A DNA stretch of 64,000 nucleotides. Source: Candidatus Altiarchaeota archaeon. GTDB lineage: Archaea > Altiarchaeota > Altiarchaeia > IMC4 > SCGC-AAA252-I15. Where the stretch lies: the NCBI GenBank assembly GCA_043800255.1, contig JAZDNF010000013.1, forward strand, positions 1-64,000, given 5' to 3'. The first letter of the stretch is position 1; every line of letters begins with the position of its first letter. Of the stretch, positions 46,188-56,307 are shown in pieces. Both the position numbers and the translations under genes were made by a program. The notes under the pieces are model-generated. The model made no database searches and had not been told where the DNA came from. It was given only the letters and a program-made list of their open reading frames with translations.

Positions 46188-46352
46188 ATGGTCAGCAAAA
46201 TCCACATCATAGGCACTGGAGCCATAATACTGATGGCGTTCATAGCGGTAATCGTTATACTAGTCCTTTGGATATACTTCGGCTACCATTATGAGGTCAT
46301 TACTCCGCCTCAGATCGCCCTTCAGGAGGTTACGAGCACTCTTGCGGTTTAG
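46188..46352 (+). CDS. 54-aa single-TM peptide
   Basis: MVSKIHIIGTGAIILMAFIAVIVILVLWIYFGYHYEV...; AT-rich promoter-like gap upstream. Confidence 0.55.
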   Translation: MVSKIHIIGTGAIILMAFIAVIVILVLWIYFGYHYEVITPPQIALQEVTSTLAV

Positions 46353-46356
46353 GAGT

Positions 46357-46674
46357 TCATTTCCCAAGCAGCTTGGCTGGGAGCTCTTTCAGATAGGTTA
46401 TGCCCTCATCGAACTGTTTCTTGCCTTTTGCGGTTATCGTGTAGTATCTTCGCGGCCTGCCGGTCTGATGCACCCATTCGTCCTTCACGTATCCTCCCAT
46501 GTTCAGCTTGTAGAGGACCATGTAAGCTGTCATGTTGCCTATCGTGAACCCGAATTCCCTCTGTATTTTGTCCCTTATCTCGTAGGCGTAGAGCGGCCCC
46601 TTGTTCAGCAGGGACAGTATGTAAAGCCACAGGTTCTCCCGGGTTGTTTTCTCTTTTAGCCTCTTCAGCGGCAT
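46357..46674 (-). CDS. PadR-family transcriptional regulator
   Basis: ILSLL..GPLYAYEI...Y.VLYKL...GYV...GRPRRYYTITAKG. Confidence 0.9.
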   Translation of the reverse strand: MPLKRLKEKTTRENLWLYILSLLNKGPLYAYEIRDKIQREFGFTIGNMTAYMVLYKLNMGGYVKDEWVHQTGRPRRYYTITAKGKKQFDEGITYLKELPAKLLGK

Positions 46675-46689
46675 TTTTATAGTATGATG

Positions 46690-46730
46690 TTTTATAGGTA
46701 TAAAATATATATTTTATAGGTATAAAATAT
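46690..46730. promoter_or_regulatory. Tandem palindromic operator/bidirectional TATA element
   Basis: ttttataggtataaaatat at 46690-46708 and 46712-46730 (22-bp period); each copy contains the TTTTATA-gg-TATAAAA inverted repeat. Confidence 0.75.
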
Positions 46731-46750
46731 TACATGACCATGTCGGTAAG

Positions 46751-47836
46751 ATGAAAAACATAAAAGTCGCAATAGTGGGAGTGGGAAACTGCGCATCATC
46801 GCTGGTGCAGGGGATAGAGTACTACAAGAACGTCACCGGGGACGACTCCCTGGTGCCAGGGCTGATGCACAACGTAATGGCAGGCTACAGGATATCCAAC
46901 ATAAGATTCGTCTGCGCATTCGACGTCGACTCTAAAAAAGTAGGGAAAGACCTGAGCGAAGCAGTTTTCGCAAAACCGAACTGCACCAAAAAATTCTCAA
47001 ACGTCCCGAAATGGGACGTCGAAGTCCGGAAGGGGCCGGTATTGGACGGTGTCGCAGACACTACCAGGGAGAAATTCTCGGTAGACCCCAAACAGAAGCC
47101 AGTGGACGTTAAAGAAGCGCTCAAAGAGTCAAAAGCGGAGGTGCTGATAAACTATCTCCCAGTCGGCTCAGAAGAGGCTGCAAGATTCTACGCGAACGAG
47201 TGCCTTGCGGCTGGAGTCGCGTTCATAAACGCCATGCCGGTTTTCATAGCATCCAACGAGGAGTGGGGGAAGAGGTTCAAGGAGGCCGGCATACCAACCA
47301 TAGGAGACGACATAAAATCCCAGGTCGGCGCCACGATAGTCCACAGAACCCTCACAAGACTGTTCGTCGACAGAGGAGTCAAACTGGACAACACATACCA
47401 GTTGAACGTCGGGGGCAACACGGACTTCCTGAACATGCTCGAAAGGCAGAGGCTGAAGTCGAAGAAGATAAGCAAGACGCAGTCAGTGCAGTCGCAGCTG
47501 CCAACCCAGCTGCCGCCGGACAACATCCACATAGGGCCGTCAGATTATGTGCCGTGGCTTAACGACAAGAAGCTGTGCTTCATAAGGATGGAGGGCAGGA
47601 AGTTCGGCGACGTTCCGATAAACATCGAACTGCGGCTGGATGTTGAGGACTCGCCGAACTCCGCCGGAGTCATGGTCGACGCCATAAGATGCGCGAAAAT
47701 AGCGCTGGACAGGAAGGTCGGGGGGCCGCTGACAAGCCCGTCGTCCTATTTTATGAAAAGCCCGCTAATACAATACACAGACGACGTGGCACGCCAGATG
47801 GTCGAAGAGTTCATAAAAGGGGAGAGGAACGCCTAA
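46751..47836 (+). CDS. ino1: myo-Inositol-1-phosphate synthase
   Basis: [58 protein letters not shown]. Confidence 0.96.
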   Translation: MKNIKVAIVGVGNCASSLVQGIEYYKNVTGDDSLVPGLMHNVMAGYRISNIRFVCAFDVDSKKVGKDLSEAVFAKPNCTKKFSNVPKWDVEVRKGPVLDGVADTTREKFSVDPKQKPVDVKEALKESKAEVLINYLPVGSEEAARFYANECLAAGVAFINAMPVFIASNEEWGKRFKEAGIPTIGDDIKSQVGATIVHRTLTRLFVDRGVKLDNTYQLNVGGNTDFLNMLERQRLKSKKISKTQSVQSQLPTQLPPDNIHIGPSDYVPWLNDKKLCFIRMEGRKFGDVPINIELRLDVEDSPNSAGVMVDAIRCAKIALDRKVGGPLTSPSSYFMKSPLIQYTDDVARQMVEEFIKGERNA

Positions 47837-47837
47837 G

Positions 47838-48449
47838 TTGATAAAGTCAAAATTCGAGACCGAGTATCTGAGCATAAGGCTGGGGATGATATTCTCGAAG
47901 CTGCCGCTCTCAGCGAACACGTGGACCCTGTTTTCGCTCGTTCCAGCGCTACTGGGTTTCCTGTACCTTATAGACGAGAAGCTCATACCGGCCCTGATAC
48001 TGTTCATAATCTCTGGCATGATAGACGCGATAGACGGCTCGGTCGCAAGAGTCACCAAAAGCGTCTCAAACCTGGGCGCCTTCCTCGACGGCATAATCGA
48101 CAGATACGTCGAGCTGCTCCTATACGTAGGCCTCGTAATCTACCTGGGAGACGCCACGATATTCTCGACGCCGGTAACGGTCTGGGTAATACTGCTGGTC
48201 TTCGGATCGGTTATGCCGGCCTTCGTCAGAGCATACGCAGACCACAAGGGCGTTGTCACTGAACCAGAAGACCAGAGGAGGATGGGCGGCCTCCTGGAGC
48301 GGTTCGAGAGGCTTGTCCTGGTATATGCCGGCATGCTGGCAGGATACTACAACCCGCAGTATCTTGCGCTTTCCGTCGTCATCGTCGCGGTGGTGGCGAA
48401 CATCACAGCCCTTCAGAGGATACTGTTCGTCATATCATACGAAAGATAG
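47838..48449 (+). CDS. CDP-alcohol phosphatidyltransferase (archaetidylinositol phosphate synthase-like)
   Basis: DAIDGSVAR..GAFLDGIIDRY signature; directly downstream of ino1; TTG start. Confidence 0.88.
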   Translation: MIKSKFETEYLSIRLGMIFSKLPLSANTWTLFSLVPALLGFLYLIDEKLIPALILFIISGMIDAIDGSVARVTKSVSNLGAFLDGIIDRYVELLLYVGLVIYLGDATIFSTPVTVWVILLVFGSVMPAFVRAYADHKGVVTEPEDQRRMGGLLERFERLVLVYAGMLAGYYNPQYLALSVVIVAVVANITALQRILFVISYER

Positions 48450-48480
48450 CATTTTTACGCTGAGAAGATTATTCTATAAG

Positions 48481-48825
48481 ATGTCCGAGAACTTGAATCC
48501 CAGGGATTTGATGGATGCGCTGGTAGAAAAGCATGAGAGCTTCCTGAAATCCTACGAGGAGGAGTACGACTCCCTCAGGAGGATTGACGTCCTCAGCGAG
48601 AAGGTCGAGCAGCTGGACTTCTGGATCAAGATGAGGAGGGACGAAAGCGGGGATACGCAGAAAAAAAAGGACGTCACGAAGAAGGAGTTGGACTCGCTTA
48701 CCAAAAAGTACTCGATAAAGAACCCGCAGAAGAGGATGGAACTTCTGAAGGGGGGGATAAAGGAGCACAAGATAGCTCTCGAACACTGGAACAATGAACG
48801 AAGACGAGCTGAAAAGAAAGGTTGA
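48481..48825 (+). CDS. Hypothetical helical protein
   Basis: ATG 48481 after a TATA-like ttctataa; charged helical sequence; overlaps the next gene. Confidence 0.65.
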   Translation: MSENLNPRDLMDALVEKHESFLKSYEEEYDSLRRIDVLSEKVEQLDFWIKMRRDESGDTQKKKDVTKKELDSLTKKYSIKNPQKRMELLKGGIKEHKIALEHWNNERRRAEKKG

Positions 48826-49708
48826 CGAATTCAGGGCCAAGACGTCCAAGAGTGAAAGGGAGATAAAGGACATTTACGGAAAGATAAAGGCCGACCAGAT
48901 GGAGATAAAAAAGTCCAAACTCGAAAGGGACAAGTGCAACGCAGAGGTCAAGCGGCTCATGGAGGAGGCCAAGAAACTGAGGAACGAGAGAGACAAGCTG
49001 AACGACGAGGTCGCGCAACTGAAGAGGAAACACAAGGACATCGTCACGAAGACCAAAAAGCAGGCTGAGGAGATAAAGAAGTTCAAGAAGGAGAGAGACC
49101 AGCTGAACAAGCAGGCTAAGACGACCGACAGGGTCCTGGAGAAACGATTCAACAGGATGATGGAAAAGCTGAAGACCCAGGACATCCCCCTGGAGGATGA
49201 GATCAAGCTCTTCGACGATGTCCTGAAGACCGGGGTCGACCTCGATGTCGCAAAGAAGGCGACCAAAATCCACAACCAGATACTCAGCGAGTACATCAGC
49301 ATAAAGGACATGCGAAACCAGCTCGACCAGGTGTCGGGGGAAATCGATTCCAAAAAGAAGCTCGCCGACGAATGCCACCTGAAGGTGAAGGATACCTTCG
49401 AGCAGGCCGAAAAGCTCAGAACGCTGGCTGACAAACACCACGAGAAGGTCACGGAGGAGTTCGAGAAGATACGGCCGATGAAGGAGAGGATAGACGCGCT
49501 GAAGGCTGAAATCAGCATCATACACGATGAGATGAAGCCCTACAGCGACAAACTCGAGGAGATAAGGCGCGAGAGGGAAGACAAAAAGAGAATCGCAAGC
49601 GCCGAAAAAATAAAAGAGAAGCTGATGGGCAACAAGAGGATCAGCTTAGACGACTTCAGGATCATGCTTGAGCACGGCGGCCTCAAGCAGGAAGCAAAAA
49701 CGGACTAG
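48794..49708 (+). CDS. Conserved archaeal coiled-coil protein (COG1340-like)
   Basis: ERDKLNDEV repeats, IPLEDE, ADxxH repeats, C-terminal KRISLDDF. Confidence 0.8.
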   Translation: MNEDELKRKVDEFRAKTSKSEREIKDIYGKIKADQMEIKKSKLERDKCNAEVKRLMEEAKKLRNERDKLNDEVAQLKRKHKDIVTKTKKQAEEIKKFKKERDQLNKQAKTTDRVLEKRFNRMMEKLKTQDIPLEDEIKLFDDVLKTGVDLDVAKKATKIHNQILSEYISIKDMRNQLDQVSGEIDSKKKLADECHLKVKDTFEQAEKLRTLADKHHEKVTEEFEKIRPMKERIDALKAEISIIHDEMKPYSDKLEEIRREREDKKRIASAEKIKEKLMGNKRISLDDFRIMLEHGGLKQEAKTD

Positions 49709-50844
49709 GACAGCAGGAACTCTGTCTCATCCTCATCGAACCCGAACCGTTCCCTAAGCTCTTCCGCAGTCGCTTTCTTATTCTTTAGAAGCGCCCTCAG
49801 CAGGGGAACATACTGGGCGGATATCACCTTCGTCGAAGAGTGAACGTGGGGTTTCAGCTTCAACGCGATGCTGTTCTTTATCGACCTCTCCTTCTTCGTC
49901 CTTCCCATGCTGATTATCAGTGATGGGAACCGGTACTGCGCGAACTTCCTCGACTCGGGCTTGAATACGTTCACGCCCGCGGTCATGAGAGGCGTCGCAT
50001 ACCTCAGAAAGCCCCAGTACTGTCTGCTCGCTATCCTGCCCAGGAAGATGTCGGCTTTCGACAGGCTGCCGTAGGCGTCAGACAGCGACTTCTTGTCGTA
50101 GAGTGACGGGAGGTTCTCGTCAATCCACAATAGGACGTCCCTCGGCTGCTCGCTCAGGTCGTAGGTAGAGCGCATGACCTCCTCCAGGTCTGATGAGAAG
50201 AATACTGTGCTCAACGCCTGGTAGATGTCCTTCTCCCTGTCTCTCTGGCTGAGAATCTCAAGATCAGCGGGTTTTATGACAGCCTTGCCCTCGGCGATGC
50301 TCTCCAGGTCGTTCACAGCGCTTCTCACGTCCCCGTTAACGTTCTTGGATATCTCCTCGAGGACGTTCCCCTCAACCCGCACCCCCTCCTTCTGGCATAT
50401 GGCTGCGAGCAGCTTGGAGATGGATGCAGGATGCGGCCTCCTCATCTGGATCTTCTCGCACATCCTCTTGATGCTGCCGAGCTTTTTTGACTTGAGGTCT
50501 GAGGTTATGAGGAGGACAGGATTGCGGGCGTCCTTCAGCAGGCCTTCCACCTTGGCCGTCTGCTTCATAAGGTCGACATCGTCTACTAGGATAAGCTTTC
50601 TGCCGCCGTAAAGGCTGCCTGTCTGGGACAGCACTGCCGCGCCCTCGATGTTGTCGTCTGAGACGCTCACCAGTTCCATGCCAGCGTCTGCGGCAAGGCA
50701 CTCTATGAGGGTTGTCTTGCCGATTCCCGTAGCACCGTACAGTAATAGGGGAGACGACCAGTCATAGGACCTTAGACTGCTGATTACAGTATTATTTCCG
50801 ACAACCTCTGAGAGGGTCTTCGGTTTGTGCTTCTGAGTCCACAT
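49705..50844 (-). CDS. rfcL: Replication factor C large subunit
   Basis: WTQKHKP, GATGIGKTT, VDDVD, GDVRSAVND, WIDEN, ADIFLGR. Confidence 0.92.
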   Translation of the reverse strand: MWTQKHKPKTLSEVVGNNTVISSLRSYDWSSPLLLYGATGIGKTTLIECLAADAGMELVSVSDDNIEGAAVLSQTGSLYGGRKLILVDDVDLMKQTAKVEGLLKDARNPVLLITSDLKSKKLGSIKRMCEKIQMRRPHPASISKLLAAICQKEGVRVEGNVLEEISKNVNGDVRSAVNDLESIAEGKAVIKPADLEILSQRDREKDIYQALSTVFFSSDLEEVMRSTYDLSEQPRDVLLWIDENLPSLYDKKSLSDAYGSLSKADIFLGRIASRQYWGFLRYATPLMTAGVNVFKPESRKFAQYRFPSLIISMGRTKKERSIKNSIALKLKPHVHSSTKVISAQYVPLLRALLKNKKATAEELRERFGFDEDETEFLLS

Positions 50845-50896
50845 CGCTTATAAATACTGTTTCACATTAGGTATTATTTAACATAGAGGTGATTGC

Positions 50897-51805
50897 ATGG
50901 CCATCGACATCGAAAGCATAATCGCTGACCAGAGTTCTGACGCAGTTGAAGGGATTTTCAACGCTGCGGGCTCGAGCCTGAATTTTGCCATAATAGCAGC
51001 CATAGGTTACGTCCTAGGTTACGTCATATCCCACATAGTGTGGAGGATTCTCAACATCGGGGAACTCCACAAGGCTGTCACAGCTTACGGTGCCATGACC
51101 GCCAAATTATGGTCTTCGATAACGCACTTTCTGACGCAGTATCTGAGGTGGTACATACTGATCGCAATTCTAACAACCACTGAGGTGGACATGATAGAGG
51201 GAGTCTACAGCTTTATGGCCGACCTCTTCTGGCTGATAATACTGACCATCATCGGCATAGGCATTGGAGGCGTCGTGTTCAGGATAATAAAAGATGCTCT
51301 CGTCCACATAGGCCTCGAGGATGAACTCAGAAAACATAACATCGCTGGAGCGCTCGGAGGCGTAACCCTCTCAGGGGTTCTGGCCGGGATAGCCAAATGG
51401 TATATCATAATAATATTTGTCGCGCAGGGCATCTCCAAACTTCCGCTGGACACGCTGAAAACGTTCATGAGCAGCCTCGTCACTTACATACCAAATGCCA
51501 TAATGGGCATACTGGTCATAGTAACCGCCCTCCTGATTTCAGACTTCACGACCCAGAGGATCAGAAAGCGCAAAGTCGAGTTCGCGGAGATAATTGCCAT
51601 GGCGGTCGAGGCCATAATAATGTTCTTCGGCGTTGTGCTCGCGCTGCCCAAATTCGGCATCGAAAACATCTCAGTCCTCGAGGACTCGTTCAAGATTCTC
51701 GCAGTTGGGGTTTCGATAGGGCTTGCCCTCGCGCTTGGACTGGGGTTGAAGGACCCTGTATCGAGGATAGGGCTGAGGATGGAAAAGAAGGAGTTTAAAC
51801 CCTGA
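50897..51805 (+). CDS. TM-helix-repeat membrane protein (MscS/CmpX-related)
   Basis: YIPNAIMGILVI and ALALGLGLKD motifs; multiple TM helices. Confidence 0.75.
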   Translation: MAIDIESIIADQSSDAVEGIFNAAGSSLNFAIIAAIGYVLGYVISHIVWRILNIGELHKAVTAYGAMTAKLWSSITHFLTQYLRWYILIAILTTTEVDMIEGVYSFMADLFWLIILTIIGIGIGGVVFRIIKDALVHIGLEDELRKHNIAGALGGVTLSGVLAGIAKWYIIIIFVAQGISKLPLDTLKTFMSSLVTYIPNAIMGILVIVTALLISDFTTQRIRKRKVEFAEIIAMAVEAIIMFFGVVLALPKFGIENISVLEDSFKILAVGVSIGLALALGLGLKDPVSRIGLRMEKKEFKP

Positions 51806-52301
51806 TTTTGCTGGGGTCTTTTACGACTGACACGCCGTCGGCCTTCTTCAGGGCTTCAATATTCTTCAGGTCAACCTCCCTAGGCCATATCTTTATCCTC
51901 TTACCTGACGGCAGCTTGGAGTCCAGCTCAGACACACAATCAGTGGGCAGGACTATGACTTTTCTCCTGCGTTTCAGAAACTGCGCCACGACATTGGAGA
52001 CCATCGTATCCGCGATCCCGTGCACTATCTTCGCAACCGTGTTGGCTGTGCAGGGCGCTACGACGACGGTGTCGAACCTGCTGCTCCCCGAGATTGGAGT
52101 GCTGTGCCCCTGCGCCTCCTCAAAAACGATTTCAGAGGACAGGTTGCGGATCCTCTCCTCCAGGCCGTACATCCTAATGACTTCTATTGCAGCGTTAGAG
52201 CATGCTACGGTAATCTCATGCCCTTCGGACAGTTTCTCCATCGCCTCAACAGTCTCCTCGAGCAGATGGCCCGCGCCGGTGATGCACCACAACAGCCTCA
52301 T
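51795..52301 (-). CDS. Archaeal flavoprotein (AfpA/DmrX-related, no ferredoxin insert)
   Basis: WCITGAGHLL, APCTANTVAKIVHGIADT, VLPTD. Confidence 0.85.
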   Translation of the reverse strand: MRLLWCITGAGHLLEETVEAMEKLSEGHEITVACSNAAIEVIRMYGLEERIRNLSSEIVFEEAQGHSTPISGSSRFDTVVVAPCTANTVAKIVHGIADTMVSNVVAQFLKRRRKVIVLPTDCVSELDSKLPSGKRIKIWPREVDLKNIEALKKADGVSVVKDPSKIRV

Positions 52302-52335
52302 TGCAGATACTTAATTAAATAGTAGGGGATATATA

Positions 52336-52893
52336 ATGATGGACGTGCGAATAGACTTCCGCAAAATCCTGATTCTTCTGGCTCTGATCTCAGTCGCTGT
52401 CACAGCCTACGCCTACCTTTACCTGCCAGCCAGACTGCTGGAAGCTGTCCTTATCTCAGTCGGACTGCTAGGCGGCGCAGCAGTCTCCTACTATTATTAC
52501 CAGACTTATGAGATGGAGGGGATGAAGTTGGAGCTGCCTTTGGGGGAGAGCGTCATACTTGCGACTAAGGGCGCGAACACAAGCATCCAGGTTCCGAAGA
52601 TGGTTGGAGGCTTCGTTGGAGTGGGATCGCCCATACCGGTGAACCTTTACCTCACCGACAGGAACATTCTCGCGGAGCCTGTCGAAATCGAGGAATATCT
52701 TGAGGAGGGCAACACCTTCGTCTTCATGGTGGACGTTAAAAGCATCCTGAGATTCTCGCACGAGAAGAAGGTTCTCGCAGACTACATCAGAGTCACCTTC
52801 GAGGACGAGAACAGTTATATTAGAGAGGTCCTGCTGTTCACAGGGAAGGACACCCCCAAATGGATTGAAAACCTGCAGGAGCTCATAGCCTGA
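52336..52893 (+). CDS. 2-TM membrane protein with PH/GRAM-like cytoplasmic domain
   Basis: Two N-terminal TMs; GESVI..., LYLTDRNI, C-terminal W-containing helix KWIENL. Confidence 0.6.
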   Translation: MMDVRIDFRKILILLALISVAVTAYAYLYLPARLLEAVLISVGLLGGAAVSYYYYQTYEMEGMKLELPLGESVILATKGANTSIQVPKMVGGFVGVGSPIPVNLYLTDRNILAEPVEIEEYLEEGNTFVFMVDVKSILRFSHEKKVLADYIRVTFEDENSYIREVLLFTGKDTPKWIENLQELIA

Positions 52894-52935
52894 TTTTTAT
52901 TGGCCTAATGTAATATCATTGTCTATTCTGCGAAA

Positions 52936-54363
52936 ATGGCCTTGGAATCAGGAGTTTCAGACGTCATAGAAAAGGGATTCTGGGATGCGATAACAAGATT
53001 CTCTGCGAGGCTTAAATCCTTCGACGATTTTGCGGTTGTGAGCCACCATGACGCTGACGGCATAACAGCCTGCGCGATAACTGTGGACTTCCTGAAGCAG
53101 ATGGGAAAGCACGTCGAGTTCGCCGTGATAAAACAGTTAGACAGCAGAACCTTCGAGGACGTCAGGAAGATAGATGCCAGCACAGTAGTCTTCACCGACA
53201 TGGGAAGCGGCCAGCTTAACATGGTGGAGGAGGAGCTCGACGACTTTTTCGTAATAGACCACCACCCTCCGGCAAAGGAGTCGGAGTCTCAGATTAACCC
53301 CCACTCTTTCGGCTACGACGGCGGCTCTGAAATCAGCGGGGCTGGCATGGCCTACCTCGTCGCCAAAGCCGGCGGCTTCGGCAACATGGCCCATCTCGCG
53401 GTAGTCGGCGCCGTAGGCGACATGCAGGACTCTGGCGGCAAACTAAGCTCATTGAACAGGGCGATACTCTTTGACGCGATGATGCAGGGCACTGTGGAGC
53501 TGGAGAACGACCTCCGGCTTTTCGGAAGGCAGAGCAGAAGCCTGACGCAGATGCTGGCCTACGCCTCAGACCCTATCATACCAGGTTTGAGCGGCAACCA
53601 GCAGGCGTGCGCTCAGTTCATGGAATCGAACGGCATAAAGATCAGGAACGGCGACGGCAACTTCCGCAATTACGTCGAACTAACGCATTTGGAGCGGAAG
53701 GAGCTCACAACAGCATTGTACATTTACCTCCTAGACCTCAACACCCCGGAGTTCCTAATCCAGCGGATGATAGGCGAAGTCTACACCCTCTCAAAGGAGG
53801 AGTTCAAGACCGAGCTCAGGGACGCAAGAGAGTACTCGACGGTGTTGAACGCCTGCGGCAGGCACCAGCAGGGCGGGATAGGAGTCCAGGTATGCCTCGG
53901 CGACAGGGGAGAGTACCTGGACAAGGCTAAGAGGATGCTGAAGAAGCATCGGAGGGTTCTCAGGGAGGGCCTGGAGTTCATAAACTCGGCTCAGATTGAG
54001 TCCCTTGAAAAACTGTACCACTTCGACGCCTCCGGCAGGATTGACGAGGGCATCATCGGAGTTGTCGCTGGCATGGCCTACGGCGCAAGGATAATAAAAC
54101 CTGACAAGTCAGTCCTGGCATTCGCAGTCGACCGCGACGACCAGAACATGCTGAAGGTCTCGGCCAGGACTAACTGGTCTCTCGTCAGGGACGGCATACA
54201 CTTGGGAGACGCGATGAGGGACTGCTCAGCGCAGTTCGGCGGGGAAGGCGGAGGCCACGACATCGCAGCAGGCGCCAGGATACCCCTAGACAGGAAAAAC
54301 GAGTTCCTAGCCTGCGTGAACGGCATGTTCAAAGACCAGACGACGAAAAAAGGCGTTGCCTAA
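52936..54363 (+). CDS. RecJ-like DHH/DHHA1 phosphoesterase
   Basis: HHDADG, FTDMGSG, IDHH, GAVGD, NACGR, GGGHDIAAGA. Confidence 0.92.
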   Translation: MALESGVSDVIEKGFWDAITRFSARLKSFDDFAVVSHHDADGITACAITVDFLKQMGKHVEFAVIKQLDSRTFEDVRKIDASTVVFTDMGSGQLNMVEEELDDFFVIDHHPPAKESESQINPHSFGYDGGSEISGAGMAYLVAKAGGFGNMAHLAVVGAVGDMQDSGGKLSSLNRAILFDAMMQGTVELENDLRLFGRQSRSLTQMLAYASDPIIPGLSGNQQACAQFMESNGIKIRNGDGNFRNYVELTHLERKELTTALYIYLLDLNTPEFLIQRMIGEVYTLSKEEFKTELRDAREYSTVLNACGRHQQGGIGVQVCLGDRGEYLDKAKRMLKKHRRVLREGLEFINSAQIESLEKLYHFDASGRIDEGIIGVVAGMAYGARIIKPDKSVLAFAVDRDDQNMLKVSARTNWSLVRDGIHLGDAMRDCSAQFGGEGGGHDIAAGARIPLDRKNEFLACVNGMFKDQTTKKGVA

Positions 54364-54444
54364 AAAGTAAGCAAATGAGGCTTTTGGGCAAATGAATTCG
54401 CTACACAAAAAGTACTTTTAGCTACTTGTTTTCAATGAATTGAT

Positions 54445-56163
54445 ATGCGATGGTTGATTCTCCTTGTAGCGGCGGTACTGCTAGCGTCCGTATTTGCTGA
54501 GGCTTTTCCTCAACTTCCAGAGTACTATGAGAGTTATGTCACAGTCGATGGAATTTATGCATCGAATGGCACTTATGTTGAGGTTAAAGTTTACGGCACT
54601 AATGAGGTCGTGGGTAGCGCAGTAACAAATGAAGGCGGCTACTATGCCTTAACTGTTAACTTTGATGTTGTTGATGGTAAGGGGGGCATCGACGAGGGGG
54701 CGAACGTAGGAGACCAGTTAGGTTGGTACGTTAACGGCGTTAGTGCAGATAGACCGGCACCCGGATCGGATACTGCAGATCCAGGGAGGATAAACCATCT
54801 GTTTATCGTGAGCGTCGGGGAGACTCCCCTTAGAATAGTCGATTATGCACCATCGAATTCCACACAAAGGCTTAACAAGGGTGAGAATATCACCTTTTCT
54901 GTAATAGCCATCGGACCCTCAGAGTCGAAGCTAAAATACAATTGGACTATCGATGGAATTGAAAGAAGCACCAATAAGAGTTTCACATACGGTTACTCTC
55001 CAGAAGTTGTCGGGACAAAGGTTATAAAGGTGCAAATCAGTGATGACTCAGGAGACACGGTTCTTAAAGAATGGAATCTAACCACCAACACGCGCCCAAG
55101 AATATCCCCTCCCATTCCAGCAATCTCGTTTAACAATTCTGCTGTAGTCACTTTCGACTTGATAGAATATGGCAAAGACAATGAAACCCCACCCGGATTT
55201 CTAGAATGGAAAGTCACAGGTGATAGGTACCATCCTCCAGCGTTTGCACACATAGGCGGTCTTAGAAAAACCCTGAAGATAATCCCCAACCTGGTTTATA
55301 TCGGCGATGGAAGTTTAGCATTAACGTTAACCGACGCTGGGGGAGCCTCCGTTTCACAAAACATATCTATAGACAAGAGCGTCTTCCGTGGCAACACGAC
55401 AGTACCTCAAATCTTTACCACAACCACTATCCACCAGATAACAGAAAAACCAAGAGAGAGCATAGGGGGAAAAATAGTTATATCCCTATTGGCTTTCTTA
55501 GTAGTGCTATCAATAATTTTCTTTATAACAAAGTCCAATCAAAAAGCGGTCATCCTCATACTAATATTGTCTTTTTCTATTGTGCTGCTCTACTGGAATG
55601 ATTATAAAACAGAGACCAAACCTGTTACTGTAGAATTTGTATCACCTAAAGAACTTAACATAACAAAAGATTATGTCCAAATGTGTAGCAATCTCTTCGG
55701 ACGCTCAGAGGATATTATCGAACAGTTTAGGCTAGATGATTGTTACACCAGCATCGCTGTCTTACTGAGAGATTCGTCAATCTGCGAGGAAATAAAGAGG
55801 ATACATCTAGGATACCAATATGGATGCTATGGTACCAATGCATTATTCTCCCGAAATCCGAACATTTGTCTCAATATCGAAAGCGACACGTCTATAGTGG
55901 ACTGTCTAATTGATTATGCTGATGGATTAGTGGATCCCTCGGTATGTAATGTATTCAAAGGAGATATCGTGAAGAAGTCAATGTGTAACTATCGCCTTAA
56001 GGATGAGTCCCAATTATTTTATCCAAAACCAGAGGAGTATAAATGCCCAACATATAAGCATATAGACTGCATGCCTATTGTTCCACGTAGTCATACAAAA
56101 TATTGCTACGGACCTTATCACGAGTGGCTTGAAGAAAACTGCGATATTTATTGGACCATGTAA
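54445..56163 (+). CDS. AT-rich surface protein: Ig-like domains, central TM hairpin, C-terminal Cys-rich repeats
   Basis: Signal peptide; two TMs near aa 345-385; DCY..IA...D..IC..I repeats. Confidence 0.75.
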   Translation: MRWLILLVAAVLLASVFAEAFPQLPEYYESYVTVDGIYASNGTYVEVKVYGTNEVVGSAVTNEGGYYALTVNFDVVDGKGGIDEGANVGDQLGWYVNGVSADRPAPGSDTADPGRINHLFIVSVGETPLRIVDYAPSNSTQRLNKGENITFSVIAIGPSESKLKYNWTIDGIERSTNKSFTYGYSPEVVGTKVIKVQISDDSGDTVLKEWNLTTNTRPRISPPIPAISFNNSAVVTFDLIEYGKDNETPPGFLEWKVTGDRYHPPAFAHIGGLRKTLKIIPNLVYIGDGSLALTLTDAGGASVSQNISIDKSVFRGNTTVPQIFTTTTIHQITEKPRESIGGKIVISLLAFLVVLSIIFFITKSNQKAVILILILSFSIVLLYWNDYKTETKPVTVEFVSPKELNITKDYVQMCSNLFGRSEDIIEQFRLDDCYTSIAVLLRDSSICEEIKRIHLGYQYGCYGTNALFSRNPNICLNIESDTSIVDCLIDYADGLVDPSVCNVFKGDIVKKSMCNYRLKDESQLFYPKPEEYKCPTYKHIDCMPIVPRSHTKYCYGPYHEWLEENCDIYWTM

Positions 56164-56258
56164 TTGACTTTTTGTGCAGGAAGCACTTCTTAGGTAAGCC
56201 CGACGAAAAAGTAGCCTTTTTATAGGAGGGTTTCCTAGTCTTTATTCTAAAAAATTAT

Positions 56259-56307
56259 GCTGATTCTGGGTAGGGTGGAATTTTCTCCCCTATGCCAAGA
56301 TTTCAGT
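56259..56307 (+). ncRNA. Candidate uS15 autoregulatory leader hairpin
   Basis: Long bulged hairpin between a TTTTTATA box (56217-56224) and the rps15 ATG (56320). Confidence 0.5.

Noticed and set aside
46690-46730. CRISPR mini-array
   Set aside because: Only two 19-bp units separated by 3 bp; no spacers or cas genes
54341-56210. cgacgaaaaa at 54341 and 56201 as a target-site duplication
   Set aside because: Only 10 bp and half poly-A; the second copy may simply be part of the rps15 promoter
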